The position numbers and the translations under genes were made by a program. Shown here one piece after another: positions 1 through 6,889 of a stretch of DNA of 28,993 nt; positions within the stretch are counted from its first letter, which is position 1; each line of letters starts with the position of its first letter. The notes under the pieces were generated by a model. That model ran no database searches. It was not told the origin of the DNA and was given only the letters and a program-made list of their open reading frames with translations. Location: positions 1-28,993 of IMG/VR virus record IMGVR_UViG_3300008255_000377. One strand, given 5' to 3'. Source of the stretch: a virus (taxonomy: Duplodnaviria > Caudoviricetes).

Positions 1-63
1 CCAACTGGGAATGTTTATATCACCGGGGATTGTTCAGCGTTGTCGTTCACAGACAGAACGCCA
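1..63. repeat. Terminal direct repeat, left copy (circular assembly overlap)
   Basis: Bases 1-63 (ccaactggga...agacagaacgcca) are identical to 28931-28993. Confidence 0.97.
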
Positions 64-276
64 TTCTACGAAGGGGATGCTGTCGCAGAGATTATGGCAA
101 TCAGCGGTAAAGATGGAGAGGTAGACCACAGCACCCTGCCGAACTTTGTAAGGAAGGATAAACAGGTTGGGGAGACTGTAGAACAAGAGAGAGACTTAGG
201 TGCAATGATTTCGATGTTAGTGGTCGCCGTACAGCAACTCAAGGCAGAACTGGACGAGCTCAAGGGAAAGAAATGA
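1..276 (+). CDS. C-terminal part of the tail fibre protein that starts at 27797; intramolecular chaperone (peptidase S74-like) C-terminus
   Basis: Frame 1 is open from base 1 and continues the 27797 ORF (28931-27797=1134, divisible by 3). It ends in RDLGAMISMLVVAVQQLKAELDELK, the coiled-coil pattern typical of tail-fibre chaperone domains. Confidence 0.8.
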   Translation, partial: PTGNVYITGDCSALSFTDRTPFYEGDAVAEIMAISGKDGEVDHSTLPNFVRKDKQVGETVEQERDLGAMISMLVVAVQQLKAELDELKGKK

Positions 277-536
277 ACTCTAGATACATCGTCAAAGCTC
301 TGCTCCTGTTCGCATTCACTTGGATTAGTGCTGTCCAAGCTGGACTCGTTGCTTTCCAGCAGTCATCAAACCCTGGGGATATTGTACCGTGGCTAATTCT
401 CACCATATTTGGACTAGCTCCAGCTCTCTCTGCGGTGTACGGGTTCATTGACAGAACGCCTTCGACTTCTTCCGGGGAAGACGCACTAACTGTAGCACTA
501 GGAGAGGACATTACTAAGGATGATGCTGATGCCTAA
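273..536 (+). CDS. Holin-like small membrane protein
   Basis: 87 aa with two hydrophobic segments and an acidic tail. ATGA overlap with the tail fibre stop; lies at the end of the tail module. Confidence 0.55.
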   Translation: MNSRYIVKALLLFAFTWISAVQAGLVAFQQSSNPGDIVPWLILTIFGLAPALSAVYGFIDRTPSTSSGEDALTVALGEDITKDDADA

Positions 537-591
537 ATCAGAATGGACTGTCTCAACCCTTAAGGAATCAATGGATGAGAGTAGAGGATGA
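529..591 (+). CDS. Putative 20-aa peptide MPKSEWTVSTLKESMDESRG
   Basis: ATG at 529 with AAGGA at 516-520. It overlaps the holin stop and fills the gap to the next ORF. Confidence 0.3.
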   Translation: MPKSEWTVSTLKESMDESRG

Positions 592-596
592 CTTAG

Positions 597-779
597 ATGT
601 TAATCTTCGGGACGAGAAGGTATAGACGAAAACTTATGGAGGATATGCAACTCCCTGGATTTAATCTTTACACTTGGGCTAGGAAGCATTACATACATAG
701 AAGGTACTTTTCTCAACTTCTCGAAGACTACCTCATTAATTGGGAAGCACTGCAACTAGTAGGCGGAGCCACGGAATAG
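597..779 (+). CDS. Hypothetical protein
   Basis: 60-aa ORF with GAGGA upstream (584-588), tightly packed in the operon. Confidence 0.55.
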   Translation: MLIFGTRRYRRKLMEDMQLPGFNLYTWARKHYIHRRYFSQLLEDYLINWEALQLVGGATE

Positions 780-783
780 AGTC

Positions 784-1191
784 ATGTCTAAACTAATTGA
801 TGTTGCTGCATTACTTAGTCAGACTGAAGGACCCATGTCCAGTTACCAGTTCGTCTTGGACTGCCTCGATGAAGTTTATGGGGAGGAGTACCTAGACCTT
901 TTCACCCCTGAGCATGAGGCACTATTCAAACTCAGAGACTGTAATTACATAGTGGATGATGTGGGGCCCGGATGTGTCATTGCTAGGAAGCAGGGGGAGG
1001 TGGACCATTATGGTATCCTCCTTGATAATGACACCGTAGCCGTGGCTTATGCTAGGGTGGTTCGTGGACACTTAGTTGCAGGACGGATGGCACTCTATAA
1101 TTTTAGGGGCTGGCACGCTTGCTTAAGGTTTCCAACGAAAAGAACGAAGAAGAACGAGGAGGGGGAGCCTAAAGTTGTAGCTACGGGCTAA
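784..1191 (+). CDS. NlpC/P60- or CHAP-like protein (possible endolysin) with Ser at the catalytic Cys position
   Basis: SSYQFVLDCLDEVYG...PGCVI...DHYGILLDND parallels the DCSGFV...PGD...GHVGI pattern of papain-like cell-wall peptidases. It lies just downstream of the holin-like gene. Confidence 0.5.
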   Translation: MSKLIDVAALLSQTEGPMSSYQFVLDCLDEVYGEEYLDLFTPEHEALFKLRDCNYIVDDVGPGCVIARKQGEVDHYGILLDNDTVAVAYARVVRGHLVAGRMALYNFRGWHACLRFPTKRTKKNEEGEPKVVATG

Positions 1192-1225
1192 CTTCTTAAT
1201 TAGTAACCCTTCCATTCCCCTCCAG

Positions 1226-1266
1226 CAGCACACCCCCGGTATTAGGCACCGGGGGTGTGCTGTTTT
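1226..1266. terminator. Intrinsic terminator between convergent transcription units
   Basis: Perfect 15-bp stem cagcacacccccggt (1226-1240) / accgggggtgtgctg (1248-1262) with a 7-nt loop, followed by tttt on the plus strand. Confidence 0.85.
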
Positions 1267-1462
1267 AGTCTATCACTAGTCCTAATTCTCGGGCAGCCAA
1301 GTTCCAGAATTCACGAGAACCTTGAGGTGGGAGTGGTATATGGTCCTCGAGTTTGAACTCTTCCTTCCTTATGATTACCACTTCTTTCCTAATTAATGGT
1401 AACACTTTAGGAGAGTAAGTAGGGTCTGGGACTAAGGTAAACTCCACTCCAATCTCGAACAT
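1265..1462 (-). CDS. Hypothetical protein (65 aa, MFEIGVEFTL...)
   Basis: The ATG at 1462 is preceded by GAAGGTG on the minus strand. Last gene before the terminator. Confidence 0.55.
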   Translation of the reverse strand: MFEIGVEFTLVPDPTYSPKVLPLIRKEVVIIRKEEFKLEDHIPLPPQGSREFWNLAARELGLVID

Positions 1463-1662
1463 ATAGTGACACCTTCTTTGTACACTATACATAGGGTTAT
1501 TAAAACTAACCCCATTAGCCAAGTTTTAACAAGCGGAAGAGGAAGCCCAAGATATAGCCAGGATAGTGGTAGTCCACATAAGACTGGAATACCTACCCCC
1601 AGCACTACTAACCCCTCCACGCAGAGGAGTAAAATAAGGAGACTATCAATTAGCTTTTGCAT
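1432..1662 (-). CDS. Small hydrophobic membrane protein
   Basis: From ATG 1662 (MQKLIDSLLILLL...) it has two to three hydrophobic stretches and overlaps both neighbours. Confidence 0.55.
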   Translation of the reverse strand: MQKLIDSLLILLLCVEGLVVLGVGIPVLCGLPLSWLYLGLPLPLVKTWLMGLVLITLCIVYKEGVTICSRLEWSLP

Positions 1663-1933
1663 CCTTACCCCGCTCGCGGTAACTCCTAGCTCCTCGTCCA
1701 GTTGTCCCGATAAGTTCAGCGTAGGCCTTAGGGTCGGCAAGGTATAGAGGGTACCTCCAGTTGTTACTTACTTTAATTACTCCCGGGAGTCTCCCCTCAA
1801 CAGCGTGAAACCTCACCGTAGCTACGTGCCGTCCTACGAAGTCCGCCACCTGCTTAGTGGATAGTTTACCATCAGCTCCCGCTACTTTGCGAGCAGGAGC
1901 GATGATGTCAGGTTGTCTTGTCTGTTTCTCCAT
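1646..1933 (-). CDS. Xis/MerR-like helix-turn-helix DNA-binding protein
   Basis: LSTKQVADFVGRHVATVRFHAVEGRLPGVIKVSNNWRY matches the excisionase-type winged HTH pattern. Confidence 0.75.
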   Translation of the reverse strand: MEKQTRQPDIIAPARKVAGADGKLSTKQVADFVGRHVATVRFHAVEGRLPGVIKVSNNWRYPLYLADPKAYAELIGTTGRGARSYRERGKDAKAN

Positions 1934-1935
1934 TA

Positions 1936-2196
1936 TTAGCTCTCACGGCTCGTGCTTACTAAGAATGGGCGAGCTCTTCGTTCAATCTCAGCAGATACCT
2001 TAGCAACAGCTTCAGCGATGGCTTCTTCCTTAGTGAGTAACTGCTGGTCCTCTGCCATGACTTCCTCCACCTTCTTGGCTATCCCCCAATTCTCCATTGG
2101 GTCGGGCGATAGCTTCTGGCTCATCACCTTAGTAATAGCCTCTTCTTTCGTCATAGCCTTCTTCTCAACTCCTGACTTCAATTCCTTACCAGTCAT
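1936..2196 (-). CDS. Hypothetical helical protein with an internal TKEEAI repeat
   Basis: 86 aa, GGGAGAG RBS upstream. Contains MTKEEAI and LTKEEAI. Confidence 0.7.
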   Translation of the reverse strand: MTGKELKSGVEKKAMTKEEAITKVMSQKLSPDPMENWGIAKKVEEVMAEDQQLLTKEEAIAEAVAKVSAEIERRARPFLVSTSRES

Positions 2197-2280
2197 GTGA
2201 CTCTCCCGAGAACCTCTTGTTCTCTATAGGTTAGTTTAGCGCAAGCGCTGGTAATAGGGAAGGAGTATCTAAAGATTCTA

Positions 2281-2298
2281 TGTCACAATGATGTAACA
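2281..2298. promoter_or_regulatory. TGTCACA-N4-TGTAACA candidate operator
   Basis: Intergenic tgtcacaatgatgtaaca is both an 11-bp-period direct repeat and an imperfect palindrome. Confidence 0.35.
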
Positions 2299-2299
2299 G

Positions 2300-2971
2300 C
2301 TAGACTAATCGGAGCCTACTTCTCATACCCTCAGGGTTCTCGGCATCTTTTATGATGAGAGGTAGCTTGGCCCCAAAGACATCTCTCTGGTGGTCAATCC
2401 ACCACTTAGGTGAGACCTTATGACAAAGACGAAGAAGGACCTCATCCAACCGATTGTGATTGAAGTCATCCAGCCAAGGATTCTCCTCCTTAATTGTTTC
2501 AATCTGATTACGTAGTAGTACGAGCTTATGGTACCGGATAGAGCGAGCAATCGAAACATTCCCCTGACCCATGAGAGTCGGGAGGAAGTTCTCCTCTTCA
2601 TACCTAGAGACTCCCTGCCACCATTCTTCCTCCGTCATCTGCTTCGGATTAAAGTATGGAGGTACGGTGGGTTTACCACACCCCAATGCTGTGGCGACGA
2701 GAGGACCTAGACACACTTCTCTATTAGCAATCCACCAAGTGGCATCATCGTTGTCGAAGATGCTGTAATAGAGGGAGAATAATCTCTCAGTGGTTGCCTC
2801 GTCGAGAGGGGAGTCATCTGATTGATAGAACCCCCTGAACTGCATCCAGAGGCCGTAGCGTATCTGACCTGACCATTCTCGCTGCTTATCGGTACCTCTG
2901 AGTTTAGGGAGGAAGTTATACTCATCCCAGGACCTTTTACCTCCGACGACTCTGTCTCGTAGACTTGACAT
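2300..2971 (-). CDS. Hypothetical protein with two tandem copies of an LPxLxG...IR...WWI(D/A)xR-like domain
   Basis: AGGAG RBS. NFLPKLRGTDKQREWSGQIRY...ATWWIANR and NFLPTLMGQGNVSIARSIRY...PKWWIDHQR. Confidence 0.75.
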   Translation of the reverse strand: MSSLRDRVVGGKRSWDEYNFLPKLRGTDKQREWSGQIRYGLWMQFRGFYQSDDSPLDEATTERLFSLYYSIFDNDDATWWIANREVCLGPLVATALGCGKPTVPPYFNPKQMTEEEWWQGVSRYEEENFLPTLMGQGNVSIARSIRYHKLVLLRNQIETIKEENPWLDDFNHNRLDEVLLRLCHKVSPKWWIDHQRDVFGAKLPLIIKDAENPEGMRSRLRLV

Positions 2972-4701
2972 GACTCTATCTCCTGTTCCATTGTGGCTTC
3001 ATAAACTCTGAGAGAGTAACCTCTGGGGACTCTCAGAGGCTCTAGGACACATTCCTCCAGATTCAGAGGGGTAACCCTCCTAGAACAAGGAGCCTCGCCT
3101 AAGAGAGCCTGCATTACGTTCCCTGGGTGTAAGACATTAATAGCATTCCGCATCTTACCGTGTTTGTACCAGCGGAGGACGAGGGGTTCAGTTCCTTCCT
3201 CATAAACAGGCTGAGGGAAGAAGAGTCTGATATGCTCTAGAATATCCTGAGAGACTTTACTGTTGTCCTTATTGTAACCTGTCCACTTCCTGATTCTAGA
3301 GAGACAAAGAGCGAAGTAACCACCACCCCTAAGTTGACAGTCTAGGAAAGCTAGAGCTAATCCTAGGGTCTTGACTCGTAAGAGATTCATATCTCTCTTA
3401 TCATTTCTACCTCTATATACACCCTTCGAAAGCTCCAAGAAAGTCTCAGATAGAACTCTTGAGAATGGCTTGGTTGAGCCATTAGGACTTAAAGACTTAT
3501 AAGCGGGGAGGGGGGGGGGAAAGGTCACTAGGGGTGGAGCAATGGAAGGTCTAGCTTTGAGGTATGGGATGAGCCTCATCACTCGCTGCTCTTTATCCTC
3601 ATCAGAGTAATGAGAGGGAGCCGTCCTAGCCACATCTTCCACTGCTGTCTCTATAGTCATCCCTGACCATCTAGGACCACCAGCTAATAGGAAGGCTGTC
3701 CAATTATCCACTACTCCATATGGGGTTCTACTTCTAACTCTACATCTCCGATTGATGAAGGATTCCACAGCAAGGAGTATCTCATTCTCTTCCTCGTCCT
3801 CTGTCTTCTTAACTTCTACCTCAGCTACTACTCTCCTTTCTTCGTCTTCCTTTTCTTCTATTACAGTCAGAGCGGAAGGGAGAGCAGAGATTCTATTGAT
3901 TCCAATTATCTGATGAGGATAGTGAAGATAAGGAAATGGTAGCTGCTTACCAGTGATATTAGATGCATCTAGCTCACCACCGAGACACTCTACATCTCCT
4001 GACATCTTCCAGAGATAATCTGAGAGAGCTTCGGGGTTTACAGAAGATGAGAGAGGACGGAAGGCGTGGAGTCCAGTCTTTCGAGAGTCTTGAACATAGA
4101 ATCCCTGTCCAATAAGATACTGCTTAACCTCTCGTCTCTTCTTATCATGGAGGATATAATCCATAGAGAGTGAGGAAGACTTCTTAAGGTGGGGGATATC
4201 TACATCGAGATGAATAGCTGAGACTTTCCCTTCTGGTTGAATGTAGGCATACACTCTATCTGACTTAGCGAGGAGGTTAAGCGAGGAGTAAAGATGCCAA
4301 CCACGTAATCCGTCTACTATATTATTGAAGGATAGGGGAGACCACTTCTCATTGTCAGGATTAGAGAAATGCCACTGGTAATCATAGAAGGAAGCATATC
4401 TATATCTATTCGTCCTTAGTTCTTCCTTCGTCATCCCCATAGTCAGGGAGATTATCCTCTCCGCTGCTCTTTCTACTTCGTCCTGAGTCCTCTTGAAGTA
4501 CTCTTGGACCTTAGAACTTAGGTCAGCGGATAGTTGATAGCAATCTCTATCTCGTCCTCCTACTTTTACTCTAGTGAGATTGAGAGTAGCCAGTTCTTCG
4601 TTAATATCATCTAATGGGTCAGAGTCTAGAAGGAAGACAGGGATACCTTGAGGGTTAACGTCCCCAGTATATCTCTCAGCTTCTTGTAGAAGGACACTCA
4701 T
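2707..4701 (-). CDS. Replication initiator / primase of the AEP (prim-pol) superfamily with a probable PriCT-like and C-terminal DNA-binding region
   Basis: AEP motifs IHLDVD (DxD) and SRKTGLHAF (SxxxGxH). DNWTAFLLAG...HYSDED resembles PriCT. It is the only replication gene I could recognise. Confidence 0.7.
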   Translation of the reverse strand: MSVLLQEAERYTGDVNPQGIPVFLLDSDPLDDINEELATLNLTRVKVGGRDRDCYQLSADLSSKVQEYFKRTQDEVERAAERIISLTMGMTKEELRTNRYRYASFYDYQWHFSNPDNEKWSPLSFNNIVDGLRGWHLYSSLNLLAKSDRVYAYIQPEGKVSAIHLDVDIPHLKKSSSLSMDYILHDKKRREVKQYLIGQGFYVQDSRKTGLHAFRPLSSSVNPEALSDYLWKMSGDVECLGGELDASNITGKQLPFPYLHYPHQIIGINRISALPSALTVIEEKEDEERRVVAEVEVKKTEDEEENEILLAVESFINRRCRVRSRTPYGVVDNWTAFLLAGGPRWSGMTIETAVEDVARTAPSHYSDEDKEQRVMRLIPYLKARPSIAPPLVTFPPPLPAYKSLSPNGSTKPFSRVLSETFLELSKGVYRGRNDKRDMNLLRVKTLGLALAFLDCQLRGGGYFALCLSRIRKWTGYNKDNSKVSQDILEHIRLFFPQPVYEEGTEPLVLRWYKHGKMRNAINVLHPGNVMQALLGEAPCSRRVTPLNLEECVLEPLRVPRGYSLRVYEATMEQEIESCQVYETESSEVKGPGMSITSSLNSEVPISSENGQVRYATASGCSSGGSINQMTPLSTRQPLRDYSPSITASSTTMMPLGGLLIEKCV

Positions 4702-4716
4702 TCCTTAGCCTCACAT

Positions 4717-4756
4717 AAAAGCGAAACCCACCCATGTGGCCCAGGGTGGGTTTGCT
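4717..4756 (-). terminator. Leader terminator (attenuator) just upstream of the rep gene
   Basis: 10-bp stem aaacccaccc (4724-4733) / gggtgggttt (4744-4753), extended by agc/gct, followed by UUUUAUGU on the minus strand about 15 nt before the rep start codon. Confidence 0.65.
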
Positions 4757-4889
4757 ACTTCTAGACGTGAGACTCATGCTCCTTTCGGAGCTACACCGCT
4801 CTCGGCGGAATCTTTACTTGATGAGTCTTCTGTCTAGAAGTAATCTAAGAGAGCTAGACCTGGGCTGGGTCTTATTGCTCCCTACTTAG
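4756..4889 (-). ncRNA. Structured rep leader RNA: 5' hairpin plus three-way junction
   Basis: Stems tacttctagac/gtctagaagta, agactcat/atgagtct, GCUCC-GAAA-GGAGC and CCGC-CGAGA-GCGG. The 5' hairpin (4845-4889) has loop CAGCCCA. Confidence 0.6.
4818..4846 (+). promoter_or_regulatory. Candidate antisense promoter TTGATG-N17-TAATCT
   Basis: The -35 at 4818-4823 and -10 at 4841-4846 have an exact 17-nt spacer and point across the first leader hairpin. Confidence 0.4.
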
Positions 4890-4895
4890 TAGCTT

Positions 4896-4924
4896 AGTCT
4901 ACCATCCTCAGTTTGGGCTGTCAA
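4896..4924 (-). promoter_or_regulatory. Sigma70-type promoter for the rep operon, TTGACA-N17-TAGACT with extended -10 TG
   Basis: The minus strand reads TTGACA gcccaaactgaggatgg TAGACT. Confidence 0.8.
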
Positions 4925-4929
4925 CTCCT

Positions 4930-5102
4930 GATAGATATTCAATAAAAGAAAAGGGGGAGACCACTCTCGGAGGAGTGGGGGTCTCGTAAGAGTGGCCTCC
5001 TATTGAGAGCTCCAGTAGGTGCCTTCACCGCTCTCAATCCTAAAACCTTATAGGGTTAGTTAGCTCTAACTACTATACTTGGGAATATGTTCCCTGTCTA
5101 TC
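4930..5102. other. Non-coding array of successive hairpins (candidate origin/ssi or ncRNA)
   Basis: Stems ccactct/agagtgg, attgagagc/gctctcaat, aacc/ggtt, tagttag/ctaacta and gggaa/ttccc, enclosed by gatagata/tgtctatc. Confidence 0.45.
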
Positions 5103-5173
5103 TGATTTTATTTTCTAACCAGCCGCCACCTTTGCAAAACTACTACTAACTATGAACTAGAGAGGAATGATTA

Positions 5174-5362
5174 ATGACCCCTAATCAAGACTGGCCAGCG
5201 GAACCTGTCAAAACCTTACTAATTAATCCACCAGAGGTTGAAGACTTCACAACCCCTCCACCCAGTGGAGTTGTAGAGCTAGTCAAGAAGTTTAAGGATA
5301 TCTCCATCTCAGCCCAAGCTGTCGCGGATTACATCTTGACTCTACTAGAGGAAAAGGAATGA
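5174..5362 (+). CDS. Hypothetical protein
   Basis: 62 aa, GAGG RBS, ATGA overlap with the GT4 gene. Confidence 0.65.
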   Translation: MTPNQDWPAEPVKTLLINPPEVEDFTTPPPSGVVELVKKFKDISISAQAVADYILTLLEEKE

Positions 5363-6432
5363 AGGTCTTCTGGTCCGGTGATGTTCTTCAAACACACTCC
5401 CTATCCCTACTTGCCCGCCCCCTTCTTTCTTCGCTTTCTTTAAATTATGATGTCTATATTGAGCAGTGGACCCAAACCACTAAACCTATTGTGGATGAGT
5501 ACTCCGAAGTCATCAACTCCCTAGTAGATAAGCCCCACCCAGCTCCAACAGAAGAAGATGTCGTCCTACTTTGTAAGTATCCCCTCCCAATCTTTCCGCC
5601 CGACCATAAAGCAAGAATCATTCCACTTATCCCCTGGGAGTTTAATGTAGCCCCAACGCAGTGGGTGGATTACATCAACAACTATTGTGACCAAGTTCTC
5701 ACTATCTCCCCCGATTCCGCCGACGTTATCCGTGACGCTGTATCGGTTCCCGTCACGAATCTCCCTATCCCAATTCATCCCATCTTCTTTAGAGATTATG
5801 AGAGGATTCCGGGACCCCCAACCATTCTCTACGATGCTGGTGCATCATGGAGGAAGGGTCCAGACATCTTCTTGAATCTCATGCGGAGATTCAGTGGGAT
5901 GACAGAGCTTAAGTTCATCTGGAAAGATTCCCCAATCTACCGGAACTTCTGCTTCGAAGATGTTAAGGACTGCAACGTCAATTGTGATTATATCTACAAG
6001 GATATCTCGTACGAGAAGCTCCATGACCTTTACCGTTCCGCTGATGTTGTAGTCTACCCAACCAGGGCTGAAGGGTTCGGGTATTGCCCAGCTCAAGCCA
6101 TGGCTATGGGAATCCCAGTAGTGGCTCCAATCCATACAGGTATGGCTCAGTACCTAAGACCTGAGTATTGCTACCCTGTTGATTGGACACCACAACAAGT
6201 CCCCTCTAATTACCTTCTGTCCCCCGAGTATGGTTTAGATGTAGACCCACTCATATCAATCTGTGAGCCTAGTGCCGACCACCTCTACTATATGACCCTG
6301 AGAGCCCTGTTCGGAGGCCCTAAGCGGGACCTGAACTGGTCTCGCTCTTATATGGGCAGGTACACTGTAGAACACGTAACTCAGTGTTACCTTGAATTCC
6401 TACAAGACGTGGAAAAGGAAAATGCCCAGTGA
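5359..6432 (+). CDS. GT-B fold glycosyltransferase (family GT4-like)
   Basis: RKGPD and YRSADVVVYPTRAEGFGYCPAQAMAMGIPVV motifs. Confidence 0.9.
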   Translation: MKVFWSGDVLQTHSLSLLARPLLSSLSLNYDVYIEQWTQTTKPIVDEYSEVINSLVDKPHPAPTEEDVVLLCKYPLPIFPPDHKARIIPLIPWEFNVAPTQWVDYINNYCDQVLTISPDSADVIRDAVSVPVTNLPIPIHPIFFRDYERIPGPPTILYDAGASWRKGPDIFLNLMRRFSGMTELKFIWKDSPIYRNFCFEDVKDCNVNCDYIYKDISYEKLHDLYRSADVVVYPTRAEGFGYCPAQAMAMGIPVVAPIHTGMAQYLRPEYCYPVDWTPQQVPSNYLLSPEYGLDVDPLISICEPSADHLYYMTLRALFGGPKRDLNWSRSYMGRYTVEHVTQCYLEFLQDVEKENAQ

Positions 6433-6889
6433 TTTCTACTCCTCGCTTAAAATCGGACAAGCCTATGAGGGTTTATTGAATAGGTATTTTACTTCTAAGG
6501 GTGCATCAGTTATACCAGCAACAATAGAAGAACAATTCCAAGGAATTGACGCCATAGTAGATGGTGACCCCTTTGAGTATAAGACGGACTTTAGAGCAGA
6601 CGAGACAGGAAACTGTTTCATTGAGATGATATCCAACGATGTTACTGGACGGCAGGGCTGGCTCTATACCAGCCAAGCGACTTGGTTGTGTATTTACCTC
6701 CCCCAAAGTGACCGATTGTTCTTTCTTCGCTTTCCTGTTCTCCGCTCAACACTACAGAGTGAGTGGAATTACCCAGTCAAGCGGACCAGACCAGACCAGA
6801 ACTGCGGTTATAATAGTTGGGGGATGATAGTACCAATCGAAGAGATAAAGAAAATCTCTGCCATAGCTATTGAGGGAATTGATGAGTAG
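6422..6889 (+). CDS. PD-(D/E)XK restriction-like endonuclease
   Basis: GIDAIVDGDPFEYKTD...TGNCFIE...GWLYTSQA pattern. ATG at 6422 with AAGGA upstream. Confidence 0.7.
   Translation: MPSDFYSSLKIGQAYEGLLNRYFTSKGASVIPATIEEQFQGIDAIVDGDPFEYKTDFRADETGNCFIEMISNDVTGRQGWLYTSQATWLCIYLPQSDRLFFLRFPVLRSTLQSEWNYPVKRTRPDQNCGYNSWGMIVPIEEIKKISAIAIEGIDE

Noticed and set aside
1-63. Physical terminal repeat or att site
   Set aside because: The repeat lies mid-gene and in frame, which is the signature of assembler overlap on a circular or permuted genome.
4756-4842. Hammerhead ribozyme or tRNA
   Set aside because: TTGATGA is present on the plus strand, but it is paired in the stem and the CUGAUGA/GAAA core geometry is missing. 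There is no anticodon/T-arm cloverleaf or CCA end.
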